DNA of 42,125 bases from a virus (lineage: Duplodnaviria > Heunggongvirae > Uroviricota > Caudoviricetes), in the IMG/VR virus record IMGVR_UViG_2537561991_000019, positions 1 through 42,125 of that record; one strand, written 5' to 3'. Within the stretch, counting starts at the first letter, position 1. Each line of letters starts with the position of its first letter. Under the pieces are notes generated by a model. That model did not search any database. It was not told the origin of the DNA and was given only the letters and a program-made list of their open reading frames with translations. Below are positions 1-10,842 of this stretch, one piece after another. The position numbers were made by a program, and so were the translations under genes.

Positions 1-935
1 CTTGTTGACGCGGCACTGGCAGACGACGCAGCCGCTGTTTTTGAGCCTGCCGCAGCTGAGGCGCTCTGTCCCGCTGCCGTCTCAGAAGACCTGGCGTTCG
101 TCTCGGACGTTTTTGCCGCCTTCGCGGAATTTGCTGCCGCCGTTGCCGAGGAAGCTGCGCTACTGGCGCTCGAGGATGCGTTCGTTTCTGATGATTTTGC
201 CGCCTCTTTTGAAGCCGACGCATCCCGGGCTGAGGTGGCAGCTTCTGACGCTTTCGTGGTCGCGGTGGATGCAGAAGTGGCGGCTGATTGTTGTGACGCT
301 GCAGCATTCGTTTCTGACGTTTTCGCGGCAGCGGCACTGGTAGCTGCCGCGCTTTTTGAGGACTCTGCAGCGGCAGCACTTTTTTCCGCTTCAGTGGCCT
401 TTGTTGATGCCGTTCCTGCGCTGGAAGACGCTGACTGAGCCGACGAAGCGGCCTGTCCGGCTGACGTGCTGGCTGCACGTGCTGAATCTGCAGCATCAGT
501 CGCATGGGTTGCCGCCTCACGGGCAGATGTGCCGGCATCACTGGCTGACTTCTTCGCGGCTGCCGTGTTCTGTGCCACCACGGACGCGTTACGCGCCACC
601 TCTTCCACCATCTGTTCAAAACGGCGCAGTGCCTCCGGACGGGCATCATCCTCCGTCATGGCACCGAGAAAATCATTCAGCGTACCGGGTTGAGAATCTT
701 CATACACGGTGATGGTCCCGGCATGTGACGGCGGGAATCCTTCCACCAACAGAATAACGCTGTACTGCCCGTACTCAACGTCCATGCTGTAACGCCCGGC
801 TTCATCCGGATTTTCTGAGGCCAGCGTGTTCACCACCACCGTGGTGCTGTTACGTTTTGCTTTCAGCTGGATTGTGCAGTTCTGTACCGGTTTTCCTGTG
901 CCGTCTTTCAGTACACCTGAAATCTTTACTGCCAT
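1..935 (-). CDS. stf: Side tail fibre protein Stf, N-terminal part; gene continues beyond the left edge of the window
   Basis: Minus-strand ATG at 935-933 opens a frame reading MAVKISGVLKDGTGKPVQNCTIQLKAKRNSTTVVVNT..., recognisably the lambda Stf N-terminus, followed by an Ala/Ser/Thr-rich region. Frame checked by hand at both ends and mid-way (around 440). Absent from the ORF track because no stop falls inside the window. Confidence 0.8.
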   Translation of the reverse strand, partial: MAVKISGVLKDGTGKPVQNCTIQLKAKRNSTTVVVNTLASENPDEAGRYSMDVEYGQYSVILLVEGFPPSHAGTITVYEDSQPGTLNDFLGAMTEDDARPEALRRFEQMVEEVARNASVVAQNTAAAKKSASDAGTSAREAATHATDAADSARAASTSAGQAASSAQSASSSAGTASTKATEAEKSAAAAESSKSAAATSAAAAKTSETNAAASQQSAATSASTATTKASEAATSARDASASKEAAKSSETNASSSASSAASSATAAANSAKAAKTSETNARSSETAAGQSASAAAGSKTAAASSASAAST

Positions 936-944
936 ATTCACCCC

Positions 945-975
945 ACAAAAAAGCCCGCCTGAACCGGCGGGCTGT
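945..975 (-). terminator. Rho-independent terminator-like hairpin downstream of lom
   Basis: Minus strand reads AGCCCGCC-GGTTCA-GGCGGGCT followed by TTTTTTG, about 27 nt after the lom stop at 1000-1002. Confidence 0.55.
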
Positions 976-999
976 CATAACACTGTGTTACCTGGCTAA

Positions 1000-1599
1000 T
1001 CAGAACTTATAGCCGACACCCACGATGAAGCCGTCAGTGCGCCAGTCACCACTGCCGGAACCTTCATAAGCAATATCAATGGCCACGGATTCGGTCGGGT
1101 TAAACTGCACGCCAGCCCCCCACGCCAGAGACGTGTTGCTGTGGCGACCGTCATCACTTCCGGTCAGCACGTCGTGCGTTTTCCCCTTGTTGTCAGTTAC
1201 GCGGAGATAATCCCCGGAGAAAGTCGACACACGGCTGTAAGCCACGCCCGCCATCGCATACGCGCTGAACCATTCATTCACGCGCACAGACGGCCCCGCC
1301 ATTACGCTGAACCAGCGGTTACGAACGGAATCTTCATGCCAGCGGGTATCGCTGTAACGGGTAAGCTGGCGATTCCTGTCTCCTGCATAGCTGAATGACG
1401 TCACCAGCCCCAGCGTGTCCGTAAATTCATAACGGTATTTCACGTTAATGCCCTTCAGGTCATCGCTGCCTGGCATATCAGTATGGGTCTGAAGATACCC
1501 GGCGCTTAGTGTGGACTGATGCTCTGCTGCGCTCGCTGGCGTACCAGCGGCAACCAGCCAGACTACTGCGGACAGAATAACAGCACATAATTTACGCAT
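1000..1599 (-). CDS. lom: Lom-like outer membrane protein (Ail/Lom family)
   Basis: 199-aa ORF with N-terminal signal peptide ([24 protein letters not shown]) and C-terminal beta-barrel ending GVGYKF; position immediately after J as in lambda. Confidence 0.9.
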   Translation of the reverse strand: MRKLCAVILSAVVWLVAAGTPASAAEHQSTLSAGYLQTHTDMPGSDDLKGINVKYRYEFTDTLGLVTSFSYAGDRNRQLTRYSDTRWHEDSVRNRWFSVMAGPSVRVNEWFSAYAMAGVAYSRVSTFSGDYLRVTDNKGKTHDVLTGSDDGRHSNTSLAWGAGVQFNPTESVAIDIAYEGSGSGDWRTDGFIVGVGYKF

Positions 1600-1666
1600 A
1601 ATTACCTCTCGCTTTTCTGCAATAAAAAAGGCGCCATTTCTGGCGCCCGTATATGGGTTATAAAAT

Positions 1667-4600
1667 TCAGCTGATACTGATGCCTGCGGTGGCTTTCTTC
1701 ATCACCACAACCAGCAAATCGCTGATACTTGCTGTGGGATACCAGTTATTCACCAGCCATGCTGACACCGAAAACTCCAGCGTCATGTGACCGTGACCGG
1801 CAGGCATATCAATAACGCCACTGTAAATCAGCGTATTATCCAGCGCGGTACGGTTATAAATTTCAGCACCGTTTTTCCGCACTATCAGACGGCATGAGGA
1901 GTAAATATCAGTATGCTCTCTCTCATGTTTAGCGCCGCTGAATGCCACCGCCGGAATAACAATCTGCCGGTCAAACGGCTGATCGTCATAAACCCTGACG
2001 GTAATAGTCCCTGATGGCCACCGTTCCGGTGCACGGGAGTCCCGGGGGAAAGCTTTGCCCACTGTTTTAACGAGATCGCCTTCAATCTGGTTCGCGGACA
2101 GTTTTCCCAGAACCCGGCAGTTCTTGTTAATCGTGACGTTGTTGAGCGTCCCGGCGTTCGCATTCACGTTACCGCTGATATCCGCATTTCTCGCCGTCAG
2201 TCGCCCGTCCGGTGTCAGGGAAAATGCCGGAGGATTGCCACCACTGGTAATGGTGGGGGCCGTCAGGCGTTTCAGGAACACGTCATTCATGAATATCTGA
2301 TCACCCTGCGCCACAAACATCGGCGTTTCATTTCCGTTTGCCGGGTCAATAAACGCGATACGGTTAGCGGCAACCAGGAACTGGCTCAGTTTACCTTCCT
2401 CCGTGTCCTCCATGCTGAGGCCAATACCCGCGACATAATGTTTGCCGTCTTTGGTCTGCTCAATTTTGACGCCCCACATGGCATTCCATTTATCGTTGGC
2501 ATCTTTCCACTCTTTCGAAAACTCCTCCAGTTTGCTGGCGTTATCCTCCGTCAACTCGACTTTTTCCAGCAGCTCTTTACCGAGATGGGATTCGGTTATC
2601 TGGCCTTTGAAAAAATCCAGGTAACCTTCGGCATCATCGCTCGCCCGACCGACAGCCTCCACAAATGCCGATTTGCCAACGGTGTTCACACTGCGGATGT
2701 AAAAATAATAATCATGGCCCGGTTTGATATTGATACTGGCAGCTATCCAGTACAGCGCCGTGCCAAGATAGCGGGCTGTAGTTTCAACCTGCCTGATATC
2801 CGCAATCCGCTTTTCCGAGAACCAGAACTCAAACTGTACCGTCGGATCATAAACGGCAAGATGGGGCGTGGCGGTTATCTGAAAATAGCCCGGCGTCAGC
2901 TCAATCCGCGACGGCGCTGCCGGTGCGGCAATCCGGAACGATACCGATGCAGGATCGCCCTGCTGCCCCCAGGCATTTGCCGCCCGGACTGTCAGCCTGT
3001 AGCTTCCCAGCGCCAGCTGCCTGAAGCGGTATGTGGTTTCCGTCGTCCGGGCCGTGCTGACCAGCCGCTCACTGCCGTCATCCGCTGCCACGGTCAGGCG
3101 AAGCATAAAGCTCACACCCTTCACCACCTTCGGCGTATCCCAGCGCGCCAGCACCTGATATTCCCCGCTGTCTGCGGTGACTTCTGCGGTCAGGTGCTGC
3201 ACCGCTGGCGGCGTGACACCATTCACCGTGCCGCTCTGTTCGCCGTCAAAGTGCGCCCCGTTATCCACGATGGCCTCTTTTTCCGGCACATGCTGCACGG
3301 CGGTGATGGCATACGTGCCGTCGTCGTTCTCACGGATACTCACGCAGCGGAACAGTCGCTGGCGCAGCGTCGGCAGCTTCAGCCCCCATACGCTGTATTC
3401 AGCAACACCGTCAGGAACACGGCTCACTTTCACCTTCACGCCGTCGGTGACGGACTGAACCTCCACGCTGACCGGATTGCCACTTCCGTCAACCAGGCTT
3501 ATCAGCGTGGTACCGGAGGATGGCAGCGTGATTTCACGGTCGAGCGTCAGCGTCCGGGTCTGGCTGTTCACCGCCAGCACACGACCACCGGTGCTGATAC
3601 CGGCATAGTCATCATCACAGATTTCAATAACATCGCCCGGTACATGGCGAAGCCCTTCTGCGCCGACGCTGAAATCCACGGTCTGCGTTTCCAGCAGTTC
3701 TGTTTTAATCAGCCACAGCCCGGCGCGGTGTGCCTGCCCCCGACTGGTACAGCCAAAGGCATCCATCTTCGTGACGTTACGACCGTAACGGGCAATGGCC
3801 TGCGTGTCCTCCACAAGCTCTGTCGCCGTCTCCCAGCCGTTATCCGGGTCAATCCAGTTCACCTCAACGGCATTATGGCGATCCTTCAGGGCGCTGAAGC
3901 TGTAGCGGAACGGCGCGCCATCATCCGGCATCACCACATTACTGCGGTTATAGGTCCATACCTTATCCGATGGCCGGTCCTGCACGAACGTCAGCGTCTG
4001 CCCGTTCCATACCGGCATACAGCGCATCGCCGAACAGAAATCGCTGAGCACATCCCACGCCTTGCGCTGTGTGGTCAGCCAGGCATTACAGGTGATGCGC
4101 GGCTCCGTGCTGCCAAAGCCGTCCGGCACCGACTGGTCGCAGTAGTGGCCGATAACATACAGCGCCCATTTATCCACATCTGCCGCACCAAGACGTTTCC
4201 CCATGCCGTAGCGCGGGTGGGTCAGCATATCCCACAGACACCAGGCCATGTTGTTGCTGTATGCCGGTTTAAACGTTCCGTCCCAGATACCGCTGTATTG
4301 CCGCGTCTGCGGGTTATAGTTCGACGGCACCTGCAGAATACGCCCGCGAAGATGATAATTACGGCTCACCTGCTGGCTGCCGAACTGCTCCGAATCCACC
4401 TTTACGCCGACCAGTGCCGTGTTCGGGTAGCCCTGTTTCACATCGATGATTTCGGTGTATGACGACCAGAGCGTTTTGTTCTGCAGCTGGTCTGTGGTGC
4501 TGTCCGGCGTCATCCTGCGCATCCGGATATTGAACGGGCGCGGAGGCAGGTTATCCACCACCACCGAGGCCAGATACTGCGAGGTGGTTTTGCCCTTAAT

Positions 4601-5062
4601 GGTGATGTCTTTTTCCGTCACCCAGCCACCGTTACGCTGTATCTGAACCAGCAGGCGAACTTCCGACGGATTCCTGTCTCCCTTTGAGGTGGTTTCCACC
4701 AGTGCCTGTACACCGAAGGTAAAGCGCAGACGGTCGATGTTTGCCGACGTGATGGTGCGGGTGATCGGCGTGTCATATTTCACTTCCGTACCCAGCACCG
4801 TCTCGGAGCCGGAGGATTCAAACCCCTCCGGCGGAGTCTGCTCCTGCTCACCTGCCCGGAACACCACCGTGACACCGGAGATGTTGGTATTCCCCTCACT
4901 GTCCAGCACCGGCGTACTGTTCAGCAGCACGCTTTTTAAGCCATCCACCGGACCTTCAATCGGCCCTTCGCTGATGGCATCAATCACACTCAGCAACTGC
5001 GTGGACTTCAGGTTGTCCTTCGCTTCGCGCGGGGTATGCCCCTTACTGCTGCCTTTACCCAT
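1667..5062 (-). CDS. J: Tail tip / host specificity protein J (central tail fibre)
   Basis: 1131-aa ORF starting [24 protein letters not shown], lambda J length and N-terminus; position between I and lom. Confidence 0.95.
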   Translation of the reverse strand: MGKGSSKGHTPREAKDNLKSTQLLSVIDAISEGPIEGPVDGLKSVLLNSTPVLDSEGNTNISGVTVVFRAGEQEQTPPEGFESSGSETVLGTEVKYDTPITRTITSANIDRLRFTFGVQALVETTSKGDRNPSEVRLLVQIQRNGGWVTEKDITIKGKTTSQYLASVVVDNLPPRPFNIRMRRMTPDSTTDQLQNKTLWSSYTEIIDVKQGYPNTALVGVKVDSEQFGSQQVSRNYHLRGRILQVPSNYNPQTRQYSGIWDGTFKPAYSNNMAWCLWDMLTHPRYGMGKRLGAADVDKWALYVIGHYCDQSVPDGFGSTEPRITCNAWLTTQRKAWDVLSDFCSAMRCMPVWNGQTLTFVQDRPSDKVWTYNRSNVVMPDDGAPFRYSFSALKDRHNAVEVNWIDPDNGWETATELVEDTQAIARYGRNVTKMDAFGCTSRGQAHRAGLWLIKTELLETQTVDFSVGAEGLRHVPGDVIEICDDDYAGISTGGRVLAVNSQTRTLTLDREITLPSSGTTLISLVDGSGNPVSVEVQSVTDGVKVKVSRVPDGVAEYSVWGLKLPTLRQRLFRCVSIRENDDGTYAITAVQHVPEKEAIVDNGAHFDGEQSGTVNGVTPPAVQHLTAEVTADSGEYQVLARWDTPKVVKGVSFMLRLTVAADDGSERLVSTARTTETTYRFRQLALGSYRLTVRAANAWGQQGDPASVSFRIAAPAAPSRIELTPGYFQITATPHLAVYDPTVQFEFWFSEKRIADIRQVETTARYLGTALYWIAASINIKPGHDYYFYIRSVNTVGKSAFVEAVGRASDDAEGYLDFFKGQITESHLGKELLEKVELTEDNASKLEEFSKEWKDANDKWNAMWGVKIEQTKDGKHYVAGIGLSMEDTEEGKLSQFLVAANRIAFIDPANGNETPMFVAQGDQIFMNDVFLKRLTAPTITSGGNPPAFSLTPDGRLTARNADISGNVNANAGTLNNVTINKNCRVLGKLSANQIEGDLVKTVGKAFPRDSRAPERWPSGTITVRVYDDQPFDRQIVIPAVAFSGAKHEREHTDIYSSCRLIVRKNGAEIYNRTALDNTLIYSGVIDMPAGHGHMTLEFSVSAWLVNNWYPTASISDLLVVVMKKATAGISIS

Positions 5063-5122
5063 TCCTCACGCTCCATAAACGACAAAACCGCCCGCAGGCG
5101 GTTTCACATAAAACATTTTGCA

Positions 5123-5770
5123 TCAGCGACCAATCACCACAACCTGACCACCATCCCCTTCGTCTGCCGTGCTGATCTCCTGAGAAACCACACGTGACCC
5201 CACGCGCATTTCACCGTACAGAACAGGCAGAACATTGCCCTGGGCAACCATGTTATCCAGTGAGGAGAAATAGGTGTTCTGTTTGCCGTTATCTGTACTG
5301 GCTGCCGTGGGCGTCCTGGCTTTCGGTGCCAGCATCTGCGCCACACCGCCCAGGATCATACTGGCCCCTGCCGCATACATGCCCGATACAGCCGCGGCAC
5401 CCAGCCAGCCCACAGGGTTCCACCATGCCACCGCAATCAACGCCGCCCCCAGCACCACCTGAAATACACCGCCACTTTTAGCTCCCGCCAGACGCGGCAC
5501 GATATGGATCACGGCACCATTTGCCAGCGGCTCATTAAGACGGGCAGATAATTCGGTTTCGCCTGCATCACGCCCGGCAATGCGCACCTGATACCAGCCC
5601 TCATTCAGTTTCTGACGAAACACCGGGAGCTGTGTGGCCAGTGCCCGGATGGCTTCAGCCCCCGTTTTCACACGAAGGTCGATACGGCGACCAAATCGTT
5701 GCAAATCCCCGTAAAGGCAGATGCGTGCCATGCCCGGTGACGCCAGAGGGAGTGTGTGCGTCGCTGCCAT
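5123..5770 (-). CDS. I: Tail assembly protein I
   Basis: 215 aa, MAATHTLPLASPGMARICLYGDLQRFGRRIDLRV... and C-terminus ...GEMRVGSRVVSQEISTADEGDGGQVVVIGR match remembered lambda I. Start could be a downstream Met. Confidence 0.85.
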   Translation of the reverse strand: MAATHTLPLASPGMARICLYGDLQRFGRRIDLRVKTGAEAIRALATQLPVFRQKLNEGWYQVRIAGRDAGETELSARLNEPLANGAVIHIVPRLAGAKSGGVFQVVLGAALIAVAWWNPVGWLGAAAVSGMYAAGASMILGGVAQMLAPKARTPTAASTDNGKQNTYFSSLDNMVAQGNVLPVLYGEMRVGSRVVSQEISTADEGDGGQVVVIGR

Positions 5771-6411
5771 TTGTCGGTGTACCTCTCTCGTTTACTCAGT
5801 TGTTCAGGAATATGGTGCAGCAGCTCGCCGTCGCCACAGTAAATGGCGGCATGATTCGGCACCGATGAACCAAAACAGCACAGCAGCACATCGCCCGGCT
5901 GCGCCGCTGACAACGGCACCTGATACAGCCTTGTGGCCTCCAGATTATCCAGATAGAGATTCTGACCGTGACGCCACCAGTCATCCCCGCGATGAAAATC
6001 CGGCATCTCAATTCCCGCCAGATGATAAGCATCCCGGAACAGCGTGTAACAGTCCGTCACCCCGTGCTCAAAGCGACGCCCGGTAAGATGCGGCACACAG
6101 CGGAATTTATGAATCTCACCCCGGCAGACCAGCCACCAAGGCAAATCGCTCTGCACCTGCAGCCGCCTGTCAGCCTCACTCAGCCAGGGCAGACCACCGG
6201 GGTGGCTGTGGACCAGCGCCACAATCTCACCCTGCATCTCTGCCCGCAGCCAGTCCTCCGGCGACATACGGAAATACGCCTCCGGCTCACCGGAGATATT
6301 CACGCAGGGAAAATATCTTTCCCCCTCCGGCGTTCTCACCACGAAGCCGCACGACTCCGCTGGCGCACATCGCCGGGCGTGCGCCAGAATCGCTGATTCT
6401 GTCTGTGTCAT
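5668..6411 (-). CDS. K: Tail assembly protein K (JAMM/MPN plus NlpC/P60 domains)
   Basis: Internal start MTQTESAILAHARRC at 6411, 4 nt after the L stop. HSHPGG JAMM-like motif and a downstream Cys/His NlpC/P60-like region. The 3' end overlaps the I start by about 100 nt, so one of the two boundaries is uncertain. Confidence 0.8.
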   Translation of the reverse strand: MTQTESAILAHARRCAPAESCGFVVRTPEGERYFPCVNISGEPEAYFRMSPEDWLRAEMQGEIVALVHSHPGGLPWLSEADRRLQVQSDLPWWLVCRGEIHKFRCVPHLTGRRFEHGVTDCYTLFRDAYHLAGIEMPDFHRGDDWWRHGQNLYLDNLEATRLYQVPLSAAQPGDVLLCCFGSSVPNHAAIYCGDGELLHHIPEQLSKRERYTDKWQRRTHSLWRHRAWHASAFTGICNDLVAVSTFV

Positions 6412-6415
6412 GGGA

Positions 6416-7114
6416 TTACTGCGAAAGTTTGTTAATGGAAAGGAAGCCGCCAAAGTTGCCGACGTTATTGCGAAACTTACAACCACTCAGGCATTTGCTG
6501 CATTTATCCTTCGTGATATCGGACGTCGGCTGGTCATATTCATCAGCGACAGCCGGACCGTGATAACCGCACTCATCACCGCGATAGGTCCAGGTGCAGG
6601 TATTAGCCAGCATGATGCGCCCCGGAAAAACAGCACCGTCCGTTTCCGTCGGCGTGGACAGTACAAAAGAGGCACTGACCGCGCTCAGTTCGCTGCACTG
6701 CTCGATGCGCCAGCGGCTGATCACCTCCTGCTCCGGATCGGCGTCACTGTTTCCGTTGACGAAGTTCACCGCATCCAGAAAACGGGCGTAAACCTTACGC
6801 CTGACCACCGTTCCGCCGACCAGACTCTGCAGGTCTTCCGCCATCCCGGTGACCATTCCGTGCAGGTTAGAAACCGTCAGTGTCGGACGGGCAGCACTGC
6901 CCTTGCCGTTCAGTTCAAATCCCGCCCCCTGAATGGGGTATGCCTGATACTGCCGCCCCTGCCAGGTAACCGGCTCACCTTTTTCGTTCTGCTCATTACA
7001 GAAAAAATAACGTTCACCACCGACCTCTGTCAGATCGATTTCCCAGAGCACCACCTGGGCTGACTGAGTGAGGCGTGTCGTCTCATGATGTGTTTCCTGT
7101 GGAATATCCTGCAT
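6416..7114 (-). CDS. L: Tail tip protein L
   Basis: 232 aa, MQDIPQETHHETTRLTQSAQVVLWEIDLTEVGGERYFF..., lambda L-like including the C-terminal Cys cluster. Confidence 0.9.
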   Translation of the reverse strand: MQDIPQETHHETTRLTQSAQVVLWEIDLTEVGGERYFFCNEQNEKGEPVTWQGRQYQAYPIQGAGFELNGKGSAARPTLTVSNLHGMVTGMAEDLQSLVGGTVVRRKVYARFLDAVNFVNGNSDADPEQEVISRWRIEQCSELSAVSASFVLSTPTETDGAVFPGRIMLANTCTWTYRGDECGYHGPAVADEYDQPTSDITKDKCSKCLSGCKFRNNVGNFGGFLSINKLSQ

Positions 7115-7123
7115 CAGAGCCTC

Positions 7124-7453
7124 CTATGCCACGACCTGTTCAAAATCTGCCGTTATGGTTACCCACAACGCCCCCACGCTTGCCGACCATTTACGACAAA
7201 CCACCCTGATCGGCTTCCAGTCATAAGGTGGCGTCCACTGAAATGCGCGGACGCCGCCGTGCCGTTCCAGAAAAGCTTTTAAAGATGGGTGTTCACATTT
7301 ACGAACACGTATCGTCACGCTGTAAGTCGACAACTGGTTATTCAGTCCCGCCGCACGACGCTGTTCATAACCATCGCCCAGCTTCACTGTCACCACTTTC
7401 GGCTCTGATACCACATTCATATCCGGGCGCACTTTCCAGTGAAACGTCTCCAT
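7124..7453 (-). CDS. M: Tail tip protein M
   Basis: 109 aa, METFHWKVRPDMNVVSEPKVVTVKLGDGYEQRRAAGLN..., lambda M-like; position between H and L. Confidence 0.9.
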   Translation of the reverse strand: METFHWKVRPDMNVVSEPKVVTVKLGDGYEQRRAAGLNNQLSTYSVTIRVRKCEHPSLKAFLERHGGVRAFQWTPPYDWKPIRVVCRKWSASVGALWVTITADFEQVVA

Positions 7454-10400
7454 TACCGATATGCTCCACTTAACCGACCACCATCACGGGCCTGCTGTTG
7501 CATAAAGTCCGCTGCCGCTTTTTTCCCAAGGTCATAAACCACCTTCAGGGCAGCCGGACCTATCTGCCCGTTCGTGCCATCGTTATTGATCTCGATGTTG
7601 TACTGCGGGGCAAACATCGCCATACCTGAACCACCAATATCCGCCACAACCCCCAGCTTACCGTCAGCACCACGACGCAGTGGCAGAATGGCTTCAGGTC
7701 CAGCTTCCCCCATCACACCCGCGCCTTTTGCAAAAGCAAAAAACGTCGGACGGTTAACCACCGTGCCACTGTAGCGACTCAAATCAGCAGACTGATAAAC
7801 ACCGCCATCCGCATTTGGTGTCACACTGGCAGCTGCTGCACTCCCCCAGCCAAACGCCGAACCAATCCCCTTCACTGCCTGCATCATGACCATCTGCGAC
7901 ATGATTTTTGCCAGATCAGAAAGGAGCGAGGCGGTAAAAGATCTGAAGTTCAGTTTTCCGGTGGTACAGAACGTCGCCAGTGCATTACCTGCACTGTTAA
8001 ATGCCGCTGTAAACATCTGCTCAGCGGTACCTGCTGCGTTATCCGCACTCTCTGTAAAATTCTGAAACGCCCGCATGGCACCGTTTTTCCAGTCTGCCTG
8101 CATCAGTTCCTGTTCCTGCCAGTAGCGTCTGTTTTCGTTCAGTTGCCGGTTAAGGCTGTCTGTCAGCATCTGCTCAGCATTCCGGTATTCATCTGTGCCG
8201 TATGTTCCTTTCTGTTTACTGTCACGCTCCAGTTGCTCCATCTGCTGCTGATATTTTTGCTGCAGGCTGAACTGTGTCTGGTACCGCTGACGCTGCTTAT
8301 CTCCCATTCCTGTTGTGGCGATATCCAGGTCATGTTGCTGACGCAGAGCCCGTTCCTCTTCCGCCAGCTGGCTGGCAAGCTGAATGGATTTTTTCTTCAG
8401 GTCATTCAGCGCCGTCTGCTTCTGCAGCTCCTGCTGTTTTGCATCCAGCAGCGTCAGTGCCTGAATCAGCTCATCCTTATGCGCCAGCACGCTTTTTTCA
8501 TCTGCTGTCAGCTTTTTACCCGCCAGGTCACTGATACGCTGCTGCAGGGCCAGAAGCTGCTTATGCGCCTCTGTCATTTTTTCCGTGGTCAGTCCCGCGG
8601 ACTGTCTGGCGGCGGCGATCTGCCCCTCCACCTGCGCCTGCTGCTGACTGTACTGCAACAGCAACCGGGTGGCTTCATCATTGCGGTTTTCAGATGTTTT
8701 TTTCTTAATGGCTTTCTCGTAACGTTCATTTTCACGTTGTATCGCCGCATCCCTGACAGCCTGATCGGCGTACTGCATGGCATTAATACGCGCAATTTCA
8801 CGCTGATGTCGTGCTGCTTCCGTTTCATTCATCCGGTTCAGTGCAGCATTTTCAGCATTACGGCGTTTCTGTTGCTCCTGATAATTCCGCTCTGCCTGCT
8901 CTTTTGCATCCTGCAAATCCTTCTGGCGTTTTTTCTCCTGAAGATCGTTAAGACGCTGCTGATCGTATTCAACCTGAGAAGATGATGCCGTCCAGGGGAG
9001 TCTTTTCGCCCGCGACACTTTCTCCTGTAAAGCGGCAATCTGTTCATCCAGCGAGTCTTCACGACCAATATTCATGGCCGCATCCCAGAAACGACTCCAT
9101 AAATCAGACAGATACTTCAGCGTACTGCCCAGCGCATTGAGGTTATTATCAATATCCGCAGTACGCCGACCGGTTTCCTCTGCCAGTGCAGACATGGCTA
9201 TCCGTGCCGCATCACTGGACCGCCCCTGATCCCCAAGGACGCGTATCTGCTCAAGCTGAGTGGCAGTAAGAAAATGCAGCTCATTGTCCAGAGCCTTCGC
9301 GGCATTTACAGGATCATCCTTCAGCCGCTTAAACTGATTTATGGTATCGCTGACCGACTGGCCAACCGATCGCTCCATCTTTGCGGCAGCTCTCGCCACC
9401 ATACCGATATCGTTTCCACGAAATGCACCACTCCCCACCACCTGAGCCAGCGCACCGGCTGCAGCATGTTGCGTGATACCATTCCCGGAAATAGCACGAC
9501 TGAGCGTCCACAGCTGCCCGGCAGTGACTCCGGCATAATGCCCCGTCAGTGACAGCTGGCGGTTAAATTCTTCCCCCTCCTTCTGACCGTCATACCAGGC
9601 TTTACCCAGACCATAGACGGCCGCGGCAATACCGCCAATAACCCCGCCCAGCATCATGCCTTTCGGTGACATCAATGTGTCTATCCACCCGGCACGGTTA
9701 GCCAGCGTTATTCCGGATCCCCTCAGCGCACCTAAATTTCCGCGGGCCAGTTCACCTATCAGAACGCCTATCTCCTGACGGGCCGCTGCACTTTTCAGAC
9801 CCAGCGAATGCGTGGCTTTTCCTGCCTGCTCCATTTTGCGGATATACACTTCTGCAGCACTGCTTACCCCCAGCTGGGCAGCCTTAGCACGAAGCAACTC
9901 AGAAGAAGAAAGATTCTGGCGGGTTGCCTGCTCTTTAAGCTGACGGATAAACGCCACTTTCTGTCGGGTAGCCTCTTCCTCAGCCTGTGTAAGAACACGG
10001 GTTTTCGCCGTAACCTCAGAAATCAGCGCCAGATAATCCTGCTGACCAATCCCGCCACTGTTTCTGGCCTGTCGGATCTGCTGCTGAATACGCTGTAATT
10101 CCTGCAGCCCCGCACTGGCCTGTTTCACACTGTCAATCTGACGATAAAACGCAGCAGCCGCTTTATCCTGAGCCTCCGCCAGAGCCATGGCCTGCGCCTG
10201 TTCCTCGCGCATTTTCTGGCTCAGCGCCTCCATGCGCTGGCGGGTTTTCTCCACCTCGCGGGCCATGCGTTCATGAGCCTGTGCGTTCTTCTCCACCGTC
10301 TGCGCATGGACGGATGCGGCTGTTGCAGCCGAAGAAGCCGCCTGCGTTGTCTGCCGGGCGGCCTGAGTCTGACGCTCCATAAAACGCTGCATACGGGCAG

Positions 10401-10518
10401 AAGACCGTTCTGCATCGCTGGCTGCACCATTCAGAAGGTTTTTGATACGGGGAATTTCATTTTTAAACTCTGCCGCATCAATCCCCAAATCAATGACCAG
10501 GTTGGCTATCTGGTCCAT
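7453..10518 (-). CDS. H: Tail tape measure protein H
   Basis: Start set at the internal Met (MDQIANLVIDLGIDAAEF) preceded by GGAGG 8 nt upstream. Long coiled-coil-rich middle; C-terminus ...EINNDGTNGQIGPAALKVVYDL... matches the lambda H C-terminus. About 1021 aa. Confidence 0.9.
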   Translation of the reverse strand: MDQIANLVIDLGIDAAEFKNEIPRIKNLLNGAASDAERSSARMQRFMERQTQAARQTTQAASSAATAASVHAQTVEKNAQAHERMAREVEKTRQRMEALSQKMREEQAQAMALAEAQDKAAAAFYRQIDSVKQASAGLQELQRIQQQIRQARNSGGIGQQDYLALISEVTAKTRVLTQAEEEATRQKVAFIRQLKEQATRQNLSSSELLRAKAAQLGVSSAAEVYIRKMEQAGKATHSLGLKSAAARQEIGVLIGELARGNLGALRGSGITLANRAGWIDTLMSPKGMMLGGVIGGIAAAVYGLGKAWYDGQKEGEEFNRQLSLTGHYAGVTAGQLWTLSRAISGNGITQHAAAGALAQVVGSGAFRGNDIGMVARAAAKMERSVGQSVSDTINQFKRLKDDPVNAAKALDNELHFLTATQLEQIRVLGDQGRSSDAARIAMSALAEETGRRTADIDNNLNALGSTLKYLSDLWSRFWDAAMNIGREDSLDEQIAALQEKVSRAKRLPWTASSSQVEYDQQRLNDLQEKKRQKDLQDAKEQAERNYQEQQKRRNAENAALNRMNETEAARHQREIARINAMQYADQAVRDAAIQRENERYEKAIKKKTSENRNDEATRLLLQYSQQQAQVEGQIAAARQSAGLTTEKMTEAHKQLLALQQRISDLAGKKLTADEKSVLAHKDELIQALTLLDAKQQELQKQTALNDLKKKSIQLASQLAEEERALRQQHDLDIATTGMGDKQRQRYQTQFSLQQKYQQQMEQLERDSKQKGTYGTDEYRNAEQMLTDSLNRQLNENRRYWQEQELMQADWKNGAMRAFQNFTESADNAAGTAEQMFTAAFNSAGNALATFCTTGKLNFRSFTASLLSDLAKIMSQMVMMQAVKGIGSAFGWGSAAAASVTPNADGGVYQSADLSRYSGTVVNRPTFFAFAKGAGVMGEAGPEAILPLRRGADGKLGVVADIGGSGMAMFAPQYNIEINNDGTNGQIGPAALKVVYDLGKKAAADFMQQQARDGGRLSGAYR

Positions 10519-10842
10519 AACGCACACCTCCGGAAATACCTTCCCCAAGATGCATCAGTTCTTCGTCCGTTCGCTCCGGTATCCCGTTCTCTTCCGGTAA
10601 AAGGCTGAAATCAGCCACCGCAGCATCACTGCTGCCGGACACCATTCTCACGATCAATGCCTTCAGCGAGGCAAACTGCGCATCCATCCACACATCACTG
10701 AAGCTCTGCATCCGGAAATAATCGCCCCACTCCCCAAGCTCAGTGGCCGACATTTCCGACAGCATCCGCCGCCAGTCTGCCCGCCGGAACTCCCGGGCAA
10801 GCCGCATGACAAACTGCATTTCCCGCGTCAGGACTTTTCCGG
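10490..10842 (-). CDS. T: T segment of the tail assembly chaperone GT, reached by programmed -1 frameshift from G
   Basis: 109-aa ORF in the -1 frame relative to G. The T frame is open from just inside the 3' end of G. A GGAAAAG-type slippery motif sits on the minus strand (plus-strand cttttccgg, 10834-10842) immediately before the G stop. Confidence 0.7.

Noticed and set aside
2438-4462. 674-aa plus-strand ORF antisense to J
   Set aside because: Lies entirely inside the well-supported J gene on the opposite strand; Arg/Leu/Pro-rich composition with no domain-like pattern, typical of a mirror frame of a GC-rich gene.
8143-8985. 280-aa plus-strand ORF antisense to the tape measure gene
   Set aside because: Extremely Leu/Gln/Phe-rich low-complexity translation that mirrors the coiled-coil codon repeats of H; no start context; inside a confidently assigned gene.
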